DNA of 64,000 nucleotides from an uncultured bacterium (GTDB lineage Bacteria > Omnitrophota > Omnitrophia > Omnitrophales > Abzuiibacteriaceae), in NCBI GenBank assembly GCA_964387845.1, contig CAYLXA010000008.1, forward strand, positions 32,001-96,000. Direction: 5' to 3'. Positions 26,733 to 35,715 of this stretch are shown here, piece after piece (positions within the stretch are counted from its first letter, which is position 1; the number at the start of each line of letters is the position of its first letter). The notes under the pieces were generated by a model that ran no database searches, was not told the origin of the DNA, and worked only from the letters and a program-made list of their open reading frames with translations. The position numbers were made by a program, and so were the translations under genes.

Positions 26733-28246
26733 AGAAACTAGGAACCGTTTATTTAGTCGGTGCCGGCCCCGGAAATCCGAAATTGATTACGGTGCGTGGG
26801 CGCGAACTGCTTGAAGCTTGCGATATTGTGATTTACGATTCGCTGATTTCCGAATCGTTACTCAACTGCGCAAAAAATGCGGTCAAAATTTATGCCGGCA
26901 AAACCAGCAAAACACATAGAAAATTCAGCCAAGTTGAAATTGAAAAAATGTTGATTCATTATGCAAAACTCGGAAAATCGGTCGTCCGTTTAAAAGGCGG
27001 CGACCCCTTTATCTTTGGCCGCGGTGGTGACGAGGCGCTGGCTTTGCAAAACGCCAAAATTCCATATGAAATTGTGCCCGGCATTACAGCAGCGATTGGT
27101 GCATCCGCTTTTGCGGGAATTCCGATGACGCACCGGCAAATGGCTTCTGACGTCACATTTATCACTGCTCACGAAGATCCGCTGAAACCCGACGTTCAAG
27201 TGAATTGGAAAGCGATCGCGAGCCTCACCGGAACTCTCGTGATTTATATGGGCGTTTACAGGTTAGAAGATGTTGCAACTCGATTAATTCAACTTGGAAA
27301 AAATCCTGAAACGCCCACGGGAATTATCGAATGGGGAACCACTTCTAATCAAAAAACTGTGACAAGCACTTTGGATAAGATTGCAGAAACAGCAGAAATG
27401 GCGAACATAAAGTCGCCAGCAGTTATCGTGATCGGAGAAGTTGTTTCGCTTAGGAAGCAGCTTGCGTGGTTTGAGGAAAGGCCGCTTTTTGGAAAAACGG
27501 TTGTTGTCACGCGGCCTCGCCATCAAGCCGGGGCGCTCGCTGAACTTTTAGAAAGCCAAGGTGCGCGTGTGGTTGAAATTCCCACAGTTGAAATTCATCC
27601 CGTCAAAAATTTGAAAAAAGCGGACGAGTCCATCCGCCAGATTTCAAAATACAATTGGCTGGTGTTTACGAGTGAGAACGGCGTTGAATATTTTATGAAG
27701 CGGTTAAAGCAAATCGGTTTTGACGCGCGGAAGTTAAATAAAATTAAAATTGCAGTTGTCGGGCCGGGAACAGAAAAAAAAATAAATTCTTATTCATTGA
27801 AAGCAGATTTTGTTCCGGAAGTATTTTCAACCGAAGACCTTTTCCGGGATTTAAAGCGAAAAAAAATGGTTCGCGGGAACCATTTTTTGCTGGTCCGGAC
27901 GACAATTGCCAATGACGAACTCAAGAAATCGATTCAAAAAGAGGGCGGTTTTGCAACAGAGCTTTCGATTTATGAAACACGCAAACCAAAGTTAGACCGC
28001 CGAAAGGTAAAATCGGCGGTCGAAAAGGTCGATTATGTGACGTTTACGAGCGCATCAACCGCAAATAATTTTTTCAGTCTTTTTTCACGCGCGGAATTGA
28101 AAAATATAAGAAGTAAATTCATATCCATCGGGCCGGTTACCTCGCAAGCCATTCGAAGCTTCAAAGTTCCCGTGTATAAACAAGCGAATCCTTACACAAT
28201 TCCCGGGCTTGTGGACGCAATCACGAACGGAAACGGAAAAAACTAA
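26729..28246 (+). CDS. bifunctional uroporphyrinogen-III C-methyltransferase (CobA/SUMT) / uroporphyrinogen-III synthase (HemD) fusion
   Basis: N-terminal VYLVGAGPGNPKLITVRG...GGDPFIFGRGGDE (SUMT); the C-terminal ~250 aa are HemD-like. Confidence 0.85.
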   Translation: MKKLGTVYLVGAGPGNPKLITVRGRELLEACDIVIYDSLISESLLNCAKNAVKIYAGKTSKTHRKFSQVEIEKMLIHYAKLGKSVVRLKGGDPFIFGRGGDEALALQNAKIPYEIVPGITAAIGASAFAGIPMTHRQMASDVTFITAHEDPLKPDVQVNWKAIASLTGTLVIYMGVYRLEDVATRLIQLGKNPETPTGIIEWGTTSNQKTVTSTLDKIAETAEMANIKSPAVIVIGEVVSLRKQLAWFEERPLFGKTVVVTRPRHQAGALAELLESQGARVVEIPTVEIHPVKNLKKADESIRQISKYNWLVFTSENGVEYFMKRLKQIGFDARKLNKIKIAVVGPGTEKKINSYSLKADFVPEVFSTEDLFRDLKRKKMVRGNHFLLVRTTIANDELKKSIQKEGGFATELSIYETRKPKLDRRKVKSAVEKVDYVTFTSASTANNFFSLFSRAELKNIRSKFISIGPVTSQAIRSFKVPVYKQANPYTIPGLVDAITNGNGKN

Positions 28247-29217
28247 TGGCATATCCCAAAACGCGGCTTAGAAGGCTCCGGCGCACGGAAAATCTGAGGC
28301 GCCTTGTCAAGGAAACACATCTTTCTCCGGATCAGTTGATCATGCCGTATTTTGTTTCGGAACTGATCCGAGGCAAAGAGCCGATTCAATCAATGCCGGG
28401 ACAATTCCGGTATTCAATATCCGCGCTTTTATCAGAGCTCGATGGTTTAAGCCGCACAGGGGTTCGAAATATCATCCTGTTCGGAATTCCGAAGAACAAA
28501 GATGAAAAAGCGCGCAGTGCTTATTCATCAAAGGGAATTATTCAACAAACCACGCGCCAAATCAAAAAGCGTTTTCCGGGGCTGAATGTGATCACGGATG
28601 TTTGCCTGTGCGAATACATGAGCCACGGCCATTGCGGCATCATTCAAAAAAACCATGTTCAAAATGATGCAACGCTTACGCTTCTTGCCAAAACTGCGCT
28701 TTCGCATGCCGAGGCCGGCGCCGACATTGTGGCGCCGAGCGACATGATGGACGGCCGGATTGCCGCGATCCGCAAAAATTTAGACCGAAGCGGTTTTGAG
28801 GAATTGCCGATAATGAGTTATGCCGCGAAATTTGCCTCAGCTTATTATGGGCCGTTCCGTGAGGCCGCGCATTCTGCTCCGTCATTTGGCGACCGGAAAA
28901 GTTATCAGATGAATCCGGCCAACCGGAAAGAGGCCTTGCGCGAAATCGAAACGGATATTGAAGAAGGCGCCGATATTGTCATGATCAAGCCGGCGCTGCC
29001 GTATTTGGACGTGATTCGGGATGCGAACGCGAAGTTTCAAATTCCGTTTGCGGCCTATCAAGTGAGCGGTGAGTATTCGATGATCAAAGCGGGTGCCAAA
29101 GCCGGGTTTATGGATGAGCGGCAGCTGGTTTTGGAAACATTGCTTTCAATTAAACGGGCGGGAGCCAATATCATTCTGACGTATTTTGCAAAAGACGCTG
29201 CGAAATGGCTGAAATGA
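28246..29217 (+). CDS. hemB: porphobilinogen synthase (delta-aminolevulinate dehydratase) HemB
   Basis: RLRR..R..RLV.ET.L...LI.P.FV N-terminus and the active-site Lys region (ADIVMIKPALPYLDV). Confidence 0.9.
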   Translation: MAYPKTRLRRLRRTENLRRLVKETHLSPDQLIMPYFVSELIRGKEPIQSMPGQFRYSISALLSELDGLSRTGVRNIILFGIPKNKDEKARSAYSSKGIIQQTTRQIKKRFPGLNVITDVCLCEYMSHGHCGIIQKNHVQNDATLTLLAKTALSHAEAGADIVAPSDMMDGRIAAIRKNLDRSGFEELPIMSYAAKFASAYYGPFREAAHSAPSFGDRKSYQMNPANRKEALREIETDIEEGADIVMIKPALPYLDVIRDANAKFQIPFAAYQVSGEYSMIKAGAKAGFMDERQLVLETLLSIKRAGANIILTYFAKDAAKWLK

Positions 29218-30233
29218 ATCAATCAGTTTCAAAACACTCCTCACCCCAACCCTCTCCCATGGGGAGAGGGCAGGGTGAGGGGTCGAGAAGATTTCATTTT
29301 TCAATTCTTGTTTTTTTCGGTACGTTCATCCTTTGCTTCGCGCTCTGGATGACTTATCTACAGCAAGTCGGCTCCTCCGAAAATCATTTCGGAAGTTACC
29401 TGATTCTGATCATGGGCCTTTTATTTTCGGCAGCCTGCGGACTTTTTGTTTGGTCGCTTGAGTCCCGGGAACAGTTTCTCAAGAATGAAGTTGAGAAGCG
29501 GACGGTTCAGCTTCAAAGCATTAATGAGGAACTCGCCGAAAAGAATAAAGAAATCGAAAGCTTTGCTTACGCCATCTCGCACGATTTAAAAGCACCGCTG
29601 GTTTCCATTCAAGGTTTTACGTCATTATTAAAATCCGAACTCGGAAAAACTGCCGAAGGGCCTGTCGGTGCTCAACTAGACCGTATTTCAGCAAACGTAA
29701 AACAGATGAGTGCGCTTATTCAGGATATCTTGGAATTTTCAAGAGTCGGCCGCATGGAAGAAGAGCAGGAAAGTGTCGATATGAATGAGCTTTTCAAGGA
29801 AATCACGGCTGCGCTGAGGCCTCAAATTGAAAGCAAAAAAATCATACTTGAAATTAAACCGCCTTTTTCAACGCTGTGGGGATCCCGGAAGCGCCTTCAA
29901 CAGGTATTTATGAATTTGATCGGAAATTCCGTTAAATATATAGGTACTACGCCCAGCCCCAAGGTTAAAGTATATGGCCGGGAATCCGGAAACGGGCTTT
30001 TTGAGATTTGCGTTGAAGACAACGGCATCGGGATCCCGAAAGAAGCTCAGGAAAAGGTATTTAAAATTTTTCAGCGTTTTCATCCTAAATTGGGCGTCGA
30101 AGGGACCGGAATCGGTTTGAGCACCGTCAAGAAAATCGTAGAGACGAGCGGCGGGCGGATTTCGTTTACGTCGGAACCCGGCAAAGGAACGTCTTTTTTT
30201 ATCGCCTGGCCGAAAACGGATTTAAAAAAATGA
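29205..30233 (+). CDS. sensor histidine kinase (2 TM, HisKA + HATPase_c)
   Basis: H-box FAYAISHDLKAPL, N/G1/G2 boxes (DNGIGIP, GTGIGLS). The N-terminal cytoplasmic tail contains an in-frame palindromic insert. Confidence 0.8.
   Translation: MAEMNQSVSKHSSPQPSPMGRGQGEGSRRFHFSILVFFGTFILCFALWMTYLQQVGSSENHFGSYLILIMGLLFSAACGLFVWSLESREQFLKNEVEKRTVQLQSINEELAEKNKEIESFAYAISHDLKAPLVSIQGFTSLLKSELGKTAEGPVGAQLDRISANVKQMSALIQDILEFSRVGRMEEEQESVDMNELFKEITAALRPQIESKKIILEIKPPFSTLWGSRKRLQQVFMNLIGNSVKYIGTTPSPKVKVYGRESGNGLFEICVEDNGIGIPKEAQEKVFKIFQRFHPKLGVEGTGIGLSTVKKIVETSGGRISFTSEPGKGTSFFIAWPKTDLKK
29238..29283. repeat. REP/RPE-like palindrome inside the histidine-kinase N-terminus, in frame
   Basis: cctcaccccaaccctctcccatggggagagggcagggtgagg, a perfect nested palindrome encoding SPQPSPMGRGQGEG. 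Confidence 0.65.
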
Positions 30234-30643
30234 AACAGATTTTCATGGTCGAAGATAATCCCGATCATGCGTTTTTGATTCAAACCGCAATCGGGGAAGA
30301 TGACTGCAAAATTACGCATTTTCCGGAAGGGCTGTCGCTATTTGAATTTTTTGAATCAAACCAAAGCCCCGAAGCGCTCCCGGAGCTGGTTTTGCTGGAC
30401 CTGAATCTTCCGCAGCTGGATGGTTTTCAGATTTTGAGCAAAATGCGGGCAAATGCGAGGTTAAAACTCATTCCGGTCGTCATGCTTACGACTTCGAAAA
30501 GGCCGGAAGAAATTAAGCGTGCTTATGAGTTGGGTGCACATGGGTTTGTATCGAAGTCAGAAGATTTCGGAAACCTAAAGAATCAGTTGGCATGTGTTAA
30601 AAATTATTGGCTGAAAACAGTGGAGAAACCGAGCGTCACATGA
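30230..30643 (+). CDS. single-domain response regulator (receiver only)
   Basis: D..D..D54-like (LLDLNLP), T and K residues; 137 aa. Confidence 0.8.
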   Translation: MKQIFMVEDNPDHAFLIQTAIGEDDCKITHFPEGLSLFEFFESNQSPEALPELVLLDLNLPQLDGFQILSKMRANARLKLIPVVMLTTSKRPEEIKRAYELGAHGFVSKSEDFGNLKNQLACVKNYWLKTVEKPSVT

Positions 30644-31854
30644 TGAAGCGGGCGTCATTCCGGATTTTAGTTGTTGAAGATAACCCTGACCACGCGCAGC
30701 TTGTCAAATCCACGATCGAAATGGCAAAAAAGGGCGCTTACGAAGTCCAGGTTGCGGCGAGCGTTGAAGAAGCGGTTGAAATTCTGGGGCGCGATAGTTT
30801 CAGTTTAATCATGTCCGATTTTAATTTGCCGGGTAAAAGCGGGCTTCATTTGCTTGAATGGCTGAACGAAAAAGGCAGCACGGCGCCTTTTATCATGTTG
30901 ACCGGTTCCGGGGATGAAAAAATTGCAGTCAAAGCGATGCAGGAAGGTGCATACAATTATGTGGTGAAAGACGAATCCTACCTGCAGGTTGTGCCGCATG
31001 TGATTGATGAGGCGCTCCTTAAGTATTTAGCCAACCAGGAAAAAGAGCATCTCGAAAAGGAAATCCGTGAGAAAAATATTGCGCTCGACCAGGCCAACCG
31101 CAAACTCAGGAAGCTTGATGAATTAAAATCCAATTTTACGGCGTCGGTGAGCCACGAAATCAGGACGCCGCTTAATTCGGTCCGCGAAAGTTTGACGCTT
31201 CTTTTAGACGGCGTTGCCGATCCCAAAACGGAACGCGGGCAGCGCGTGCTTGAAATTGCGCGGCGCAATATTGACCGTTTGACGTCTATGATTAATGATT
31301 TGCTTGATTTTTCAAAAATCGAGGCCGGAAAATTGCAGGTCCATTTGGCGGACTGCAATTTAGAAACACTGCTTGACGAAGTTGTGACGGGTTTTCAAGG
31401 GCTCGCCCAATCCAAAAAAATCAAGCTGGTTTTTCAACCAAAAGAGAAAACACAGAACGTTTATGCCGATGCCGAGCGCGTGATTCAAATCATCACAAAT
31501 TTAGTCAATAATGCGGTTAAATTTACGGCGCCGGGCGGCACCATTACGGCTGACTATCGTTTGACCGAAAATGACATGGCGCAGGTTACCGTCACGGATT
31601 CGGGGCTCGGAATTCCGAAAGAGGATTTGGAACGTATTTTTGAACGTTTTGAACAATCTGAGCATTCAAACCAAAATATTCCGAAAGGTACGCGCGGAAC
31701 GGGCATCGGGCTTTCGATTTGCAGCGAGCTTATCAAGATGCATCATGGTAGGATTTGGGCGGATAGTGAACTCGGCAAAGGAAGCAAGTTTCATTTTACG
31801 CTTCCGTTAACGCAGGCGGTATTTGAAAAAGCAGAAGGCGTCAAGCAGTCTTAA
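30640..31854 (+). CDS. hybrid response regulator-histidine kinase (REC + coiled coil + HisKA + HATPase_c)
   Basis: Receiver (ILVVEDNPDH..SDFNLPG), H-box SVSHEIRTPLN, G-boxes (DSGLGIP, GTGIGLS). ATG 30640 overlaps the upstream stop. Confidence 0.8.
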   Translation: MMKRASFRILVVEDNPDHAQLVKSTIEMAKKGAYEVQVAASVEEAVEILGRDSFSLIMSDFNLPGKSGLHLLEWLNEKGSTAPFIMLTGSGDEKIAVKAMQEGAYNYVVKDESYLQVVPHVIDEALLKYLANQEKEHLEKEIREKNIALDQANRKLRKLDELKSNFTASVSHEIRTPLNSVRESLTLLLDGVADPKTERGQRVLEIARRNIDRLTSMINDLLDFSKIEAGKLQVHLADCNLETLLDEVVTGFQGLAQSKKIKLVFQPKEKTQNVYADAERVIQIITNLVNNAVKFTAPGGTITADYRLTENDMAQVTVTDSGLGIPKEDLERIFERFEQSEHSNQNIPKGTRGTGIGLSICSELIKMHHGRIWADSELGKGSKFHFTLPLTQAVFEKAEGVKQS

Positions 31855-31868
31855 CGAGGAGAGGCGAG

Positions 31869-32270
31869 ATGAAGCGAAAATTGCTGTTGGTGGATGACGA
31901 CAGGGAGTTTGCGGAACTATTCCGGAAGCGCGCTGAAGGGTCCGATTGGCAGATGGTTTGGCTGAACGACGGTACGGACGCGGTCAAGATTGCCAAAGCC
32001 GAAAAGCCGGACGTCATTATTCTGGACGTTTTTTTGCCGGAAATGGACGGCTTTACGACTTTGAAGAGCCTTAAAATGAAAGTGGACCCAGAAACCAAAA
32101 CACCTTCAGCAGTTTGCGATATTCCGGTCGTGGTCATGACCGGCAAAGCGCCGATGATGGAAGATATGGTCCGGTTTGAAGGAGCAGTCGATTTTTTTAC
32201 GAAGCCGGTCGACGGCGCTTCGCTTCTCAAGCGCATCAACGAGATTGTGGAGAAGAAACAAAAAGCATAA
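31869..32270 (+). CDS. single-domain response regulator
   Basis: LLLVDDD...IILDVFLPEMDGF receiver motifs. Confidence 0.8.
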   Translation: MKRKLLLVDDDREFAELFRKRAEGSDWQMVWLNDGTDAVKIAKAEKPDVIILDVFLPEMDGFTTLKSLKMKVDPETKTPSAVCDIPVVVMTGKAPMMEDMVRFEGAVDFFTKPVDGASLLKRINEIVEKKQKA

Positions 32271-32275
32271 CGCCG

Positions 32276-32665
32276 ATGAAACGCGTTCTCATTATCGATG
32301 ACGACAAAGATTATGCCGATCTTCTGATGATCCGGCTGAACCAAGCCGGTTACGAAGCCGAATGGTTCAACGGATGTGAAGCTGCGACACAACGCCTCGA
32401 TAAGAGCATGGATTTTGATGTGGTTGTCTTGGATGTTGAAATGCCGGAGAAAAACGGCATGGCCACTCTCGCTTACCTCAAAAATCATTTCAAAGCCCGA
32501 GGATTTAACAAATTCCCCATTCCCGTCATTGTCGCAACCGGCCTTCAAAGCCAGGAGCTCCGCGAAATTTTCCTCGATCAAGACGTCGCCGATTACATTC
32601 AGAAACCCTTCGATTCCTCCGTCCTCACCAAGAAAATCGAAAACATCCTCTCCAAAAATAAATAA
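32276..32665 (+). CDS. single-domain response regulator
   Basis: VLIIDDD...VVLDVEMPEKNG receiver motifs. Confidence 0.8.
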   Translation: MKRVLIIDDDKDYADLLMIRLNQAGYEAEWFNGCEAATQRLDKSMDFDVVVLDVEMPEKNGMATLAYLKNHFKARGFNKFPIPVIVATGLQSQELREIFLDQDVADYIQKPFDSSVLTKKIENILSKNK

Positions 32666-32677
32666 GTAAGTAAGCAC

Positions 32678-32931
32678 CCAAGGAGAGTGTTCCGTCGGCG
32701 CCGGCGTTCATTCGCTCCAGTCCCAATTGTCATCAAAGCCTTAAAGCGCTTATTTATAGGTGAATTGGGGCTGCCCTCACCTTCAAAGAAAATACAATGT
32801 AGGTGATGGGCTGCAGTGAATGCCGCCTGCCGCTCACTCATTGAACCCGCGCCACTTTGCTTCACGAAGTAAAGTGGCGGGGACCAAGCTTCAACGAGCT
32901 CCGAGAGCCGCCTTTGGAACACTCTCCTTGG
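32678..32931. repeat. MITE-like / structured element: 16-bp perfect terminal inverted repeats (ccaaggagagtgttcc ... ggaacactctccttgg) enclosing ~220 nt with internal hairpins, including family-2 hairpin copy 2 (32717..32775)
   Basis: Both TIR sequences were read directly. Internal hairpins include cgccactttgcttcacgaagtaaagtggcg and cagtcccaattgtcat...aattggggctgccc. It is GC-rich relative to its surroundings. Confidence 0.5.
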
Positions 32932-33151
32932 ATGCAGAAGGGCGGGAGTGAGCCGAGATGTTCTCCGGAGCGCCATTATTCGGAAAGATTGAAGGGCTCA
33001 ATCTTTCCGAATAGGCTGAGCACGGCAATTTTTGCTTAGGCAATACGCCTAAAAATTGCCGCGCGGAGGAAAGCGTAAGAGAAGCGTCTCGGCGAATGAC
33101 CTCATATTTATTCTTGAAGCAGTGCGTGTTTCATGCTTCAATAGCGGTCTC

Positions 33152-33490
33152 ATGAGCATTCAGGAATTCCCCGAAATAGAAACATTTCATAAGCTTCCGC
33201 GCAAAGTCATCGTCAAAGGCGGAAGTTCCGGCTTCTCCGCGCAAGGCAAACCTGAGCTTCGCGGTATCGTTATCAACAATATCGGCCATACCGTCAAGGA
33301 AGTCCGTGTATCGCTCATTATTTTCAACCAGGATGAAATTCCGGTTTTAAACACGAGCATATCCGCGGACCCCGAAATTCTGCAGCAGGGCGGTATCGGC
33401 TCGTTTACATTTACTTTGGATGATTACGGCAAAGAAATTACCAACTACTACCTCTATGCCAACTGGAAGTACGACGACTCAAACTGGTAA
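33152..33490 (+). CDS. hypothetical protein (112 aa)
   Basis: ORF from ATG 33152 ([14 protein letters not shown]...). It has no recognisable domain. Its 3' end overlaps the acs start. Confidence 0.4.
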   Translation: MSIQEFPEIETFHKLPRKVIVKGGSSGFSAQGKPELRGIVINNIGHTVKEVRVSLIIFNQDEIPVLNTSISADPEILQQGGIGSFTFTLDDYGKEITNYYLYANWKYDDSNW

Positions 33491-35462
33491 ATCTAAAAAA
33501 TCCGAAACGATTGATTCGCTTCTTTCGGAAACACGCAAGTTCAAGCCTTCCGTTTCTTTTCAAAAATCCGCCTGGGTCAAAAGTTCTTCAATCTATAAAA
33601 CCGCCGGGAAAAATTCTCAGAAATTTTGGGAATCGTTTGCCCGAGAACTGGCGTGGTTTAAGCCCTGGAAAAAAACGCTCGAATGGAATCCGCCGTATGC
33701 GAAATGGTTTATCGGTGGAAAGATTAACGTGAGCTTCAATTGCGTCGACCGGTGGGCGCAGTCCAATGCACGCAATAAAGCCGCGATCATTTGGGAGGGC
33801 GAACCGGGCGATGAGCGGACCCTTACGTATTGGGATTTGTATAGGGAAGTTTCAAAATTTGCGAACGCTCTGAAATCACTTGGTGTTCGCAAAGGTGACC
33901 GGGTGGCGATTTATATGCCGCTTGTGCCCGAAGCCGCGATCGCAATGCTGGCTTGTACGCGGATTGGTGCGGTTCACAGCGTTGTTTTCGGCGGATTCAG
34001 TGCCGAAGCACTTCGCGACCGGATCAATGATGCCGAAGCGAAAGTTTTAATTACTGCTGACGGCGGATGGCGCCGGGGCGGGGTGATTCCGCTCAAGAAA
34101 TTTGCAGATGAAGCGTTGAAGGCTACGCCGAGCATCAAGCATGTTGTGATTTTAAAGCGCACGGGCACGGAAATTCATGTACAGGAAGGCCGCGATCATT
34201 GGTGGCACCGTTTGATGCAGGATGCGAAATCAGATTGCAAACCCGAGGCGATGGATTCTGAAGATATGCTCTTTACACTTTACACATCCGGCACAACGGG
34301 AAAGCCGAAAGGAATTGTTCATACAACCGGCGGCTATTTGACCGGAACTTACGCAACAACCAAATGGGTTTTTGATTTAAAGCCGGAAGATGTTTATTGG
34401 TGCACAGCCGATGTCGGCTGGATCACGGGGCACAGTTACCTGGTTTACGGCCCGCTTGCTAACGGCGCAACGGTTGTGATGTACGAAGGAAGCCCCGATT
34501 GGCCCGAAAAGGAACGTTTCTGGCGCATTATCGAAAAATACGGCGTCACGATCTTTTACACGGCCCCAACCGCGATTCGTACTTTTATGAAATGGGGCAC
34601 GGAATTTCCGGAGCGCTGCAATTTATCATCGCTCCGCCTTCTCGGAAGTGTCGGTGAGCCGATCAATCCCGAAGCGTGGATGTGGTATCACAAATATATC
34701 GGCCGCGGCAAATGTCCGATTGTCGATACCTGGTGGCAAACGGAAACGGGCGCCATCATGATTACACCGCTTGCGGGTGTCACGACACTCCGGCCCGGGT
34801 CAGCATCACGGCCTTTTCCTGGAGTTGAAGCAAAAGTGATGAATGAAGCAGGCGAAGAAGTCAAAATCGGTGGCGGTTATTTGGCGCTCACCAAACCTTG
34901 GCCGTCCATGCTGCGCGGTATTTTTAATGATCCGGAACGTTACGAAAAACAATACTGGTCCAAGTGGCCTCATCTCATTGGCACCAAGAAAAACGTTTAC
35001 TTTACGGGCGATGGCTGCAAAATCGACAAAGACGGTAATTATTGGCTGCTCGGACGCGTCGACGATGTGATGAATGTTTCGGGCCACCGGATTTCCACAA
35101 TGGAAGTTGAAAGCGCGCTTGTCGATCATCCGGCGGTTGCCGAATCGGCGGTCGTGAGCAAGCCGCATGACGTGAAAGGCGAGGGAATCGCCGCATTTGT
35201 GACGATCAAGGAAGGATTTTCTGCCAGTAAAGAATTAGTCAACGAACTAAAAGAGCATGTTGTCAAAAAAATCGGTTCACTCGCGCGCCCCGAAGATATT
35301 ATTTTCTCAGCCGACCTCCCCAAAACCCGCTCCGGCAAAATCATGCGCCGGCTCCTCAAAGATATAGCAGCCGGGAAAGTCCTGGGCGATACGACCACGC
35401 TCGCCGATCCTGGTGTTGTGGAGCGGCTTAAGCAATCCTACGCCGAAGATGCCGAATCTTAG
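33456..35462 (+). CDS. acs: acetyl-CoA synthetase (AMP-forming) Acs
   Basis: [18 protein letters not shown] and the C-terminal K...[11 protein letters not shown] motifs. No start codon exists after the upstream stop, so the start must be ATG 33456 or ATG 33420 (exact start uncertain). Confidence 0.9.
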   Translation: MPTGSTTTQTGKSKKSETIDSLLSETRKFKPSVSFQKSAWVKSSSIYKTAGKNSQKFWESFARELAWFKPWKKTLEWNPPYAKWFIGGKINVSFNCVDRWAQSNARNKAAIIWEGEPGDERTLTYWDLYREVSKFANALKSLGVRKGDRVAIYMPLVPEAAIAMLACTRIGAVHSVVFGGFSAEALRDRINDAEAKVLITADGGWRRGGVIPLKKFADEALKATPSIKHVVILKRTGTEIHVQEGRDHWWHRLMQDAKSDCKPEAMDSEDMLFTLYTSGTTGKPKGIVHTTGGYLTGTYATTKWVFDLKPEDVYWCTADVGWITGHSYLVYGPLANGATVVMYEGSPDWPEKERFWRIIEKYGVTIFYTAPTAIRTFMKWGTEFPERCNLSSLRLLGSVGEPINPEAWMWYHKYIGRGKCPIVDTWWQTETGAIMITPLAGVTTLRPGSASRPFPGVEAKVMNEAGEEVKIGGGYLALTKPWPSMLRGIFNDPERYEKQYWSKWPHLIGTKKNVYFTGDGCKIDKDGNYWLLGRVDDVMNVSGHRISTMEVESALVDHPAVAESAVVSKPHDVKGEGIAAFVTIKEGFSASKELVNELKEHVVKKIGSLARPEDIIFSADLPKTRSGKIMRRLLKDIAAGKVLGDTTTLADPGVVERLKQSYAEDAES

Positions 35463-35475
35463 GGCTGTAACACGT

Positions 35476-35565
35476 AAAGTAGGGTCAAGGGTCACGTAGC
35501 AAGGGGCAAGGTAAGAATAACAATTTCATTTGCGCCTTGACCTATGACCCTTAGCACTTGACCCT
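35476..35565 (+). terminator. long imperfect inverted repeat 3' of acs (tagggtcaagggtcacgtagcaagggg ... ccttgacctatgacccttagcacttgaccct)
   Basis: Read directly; likely the acs terminator/insulator ahead of the giant-gene promoter. Confidence 0.45.
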
Positions 35566-35647
35566 ATGGTTTGCCTTCCAAAATCTCCTAATATTATTAC
35601 TAATAAGTCATAATTAATAACATTTATAACATTTTTAAGTCCTGATA

Positions 35648-35676
35648 TTGAGTTTTATCAGTTTTCGAGATATAAT
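35648..35676 (+). promoter_or_regulatory. near-consensus sigma70 promoter TTGAGT-17-TATAAT for the giant gene
   Basis: ttgagttttatcagttttcgagatataat in a 150-nt AT-rich tract, about 40 nt upstream of GTG 35716. Confidence 0.55.
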
Positions 35677-35715
35677 TTACCCAATCTTTATCTCGAAAGG
35701 ATTTCAAGCTCCCCA

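Noticed and set aside
33420-33455. Acs start at ATG 33420 as given by the track
   Set aside because: Not strictly rejected, since both 33420 and 33456 are possible. The later ATG gives an N-terminal length closer to characterised Acs proteins and a smaller overlap with the upstream ORF, so it was preferred. Exact start remains uncertain.
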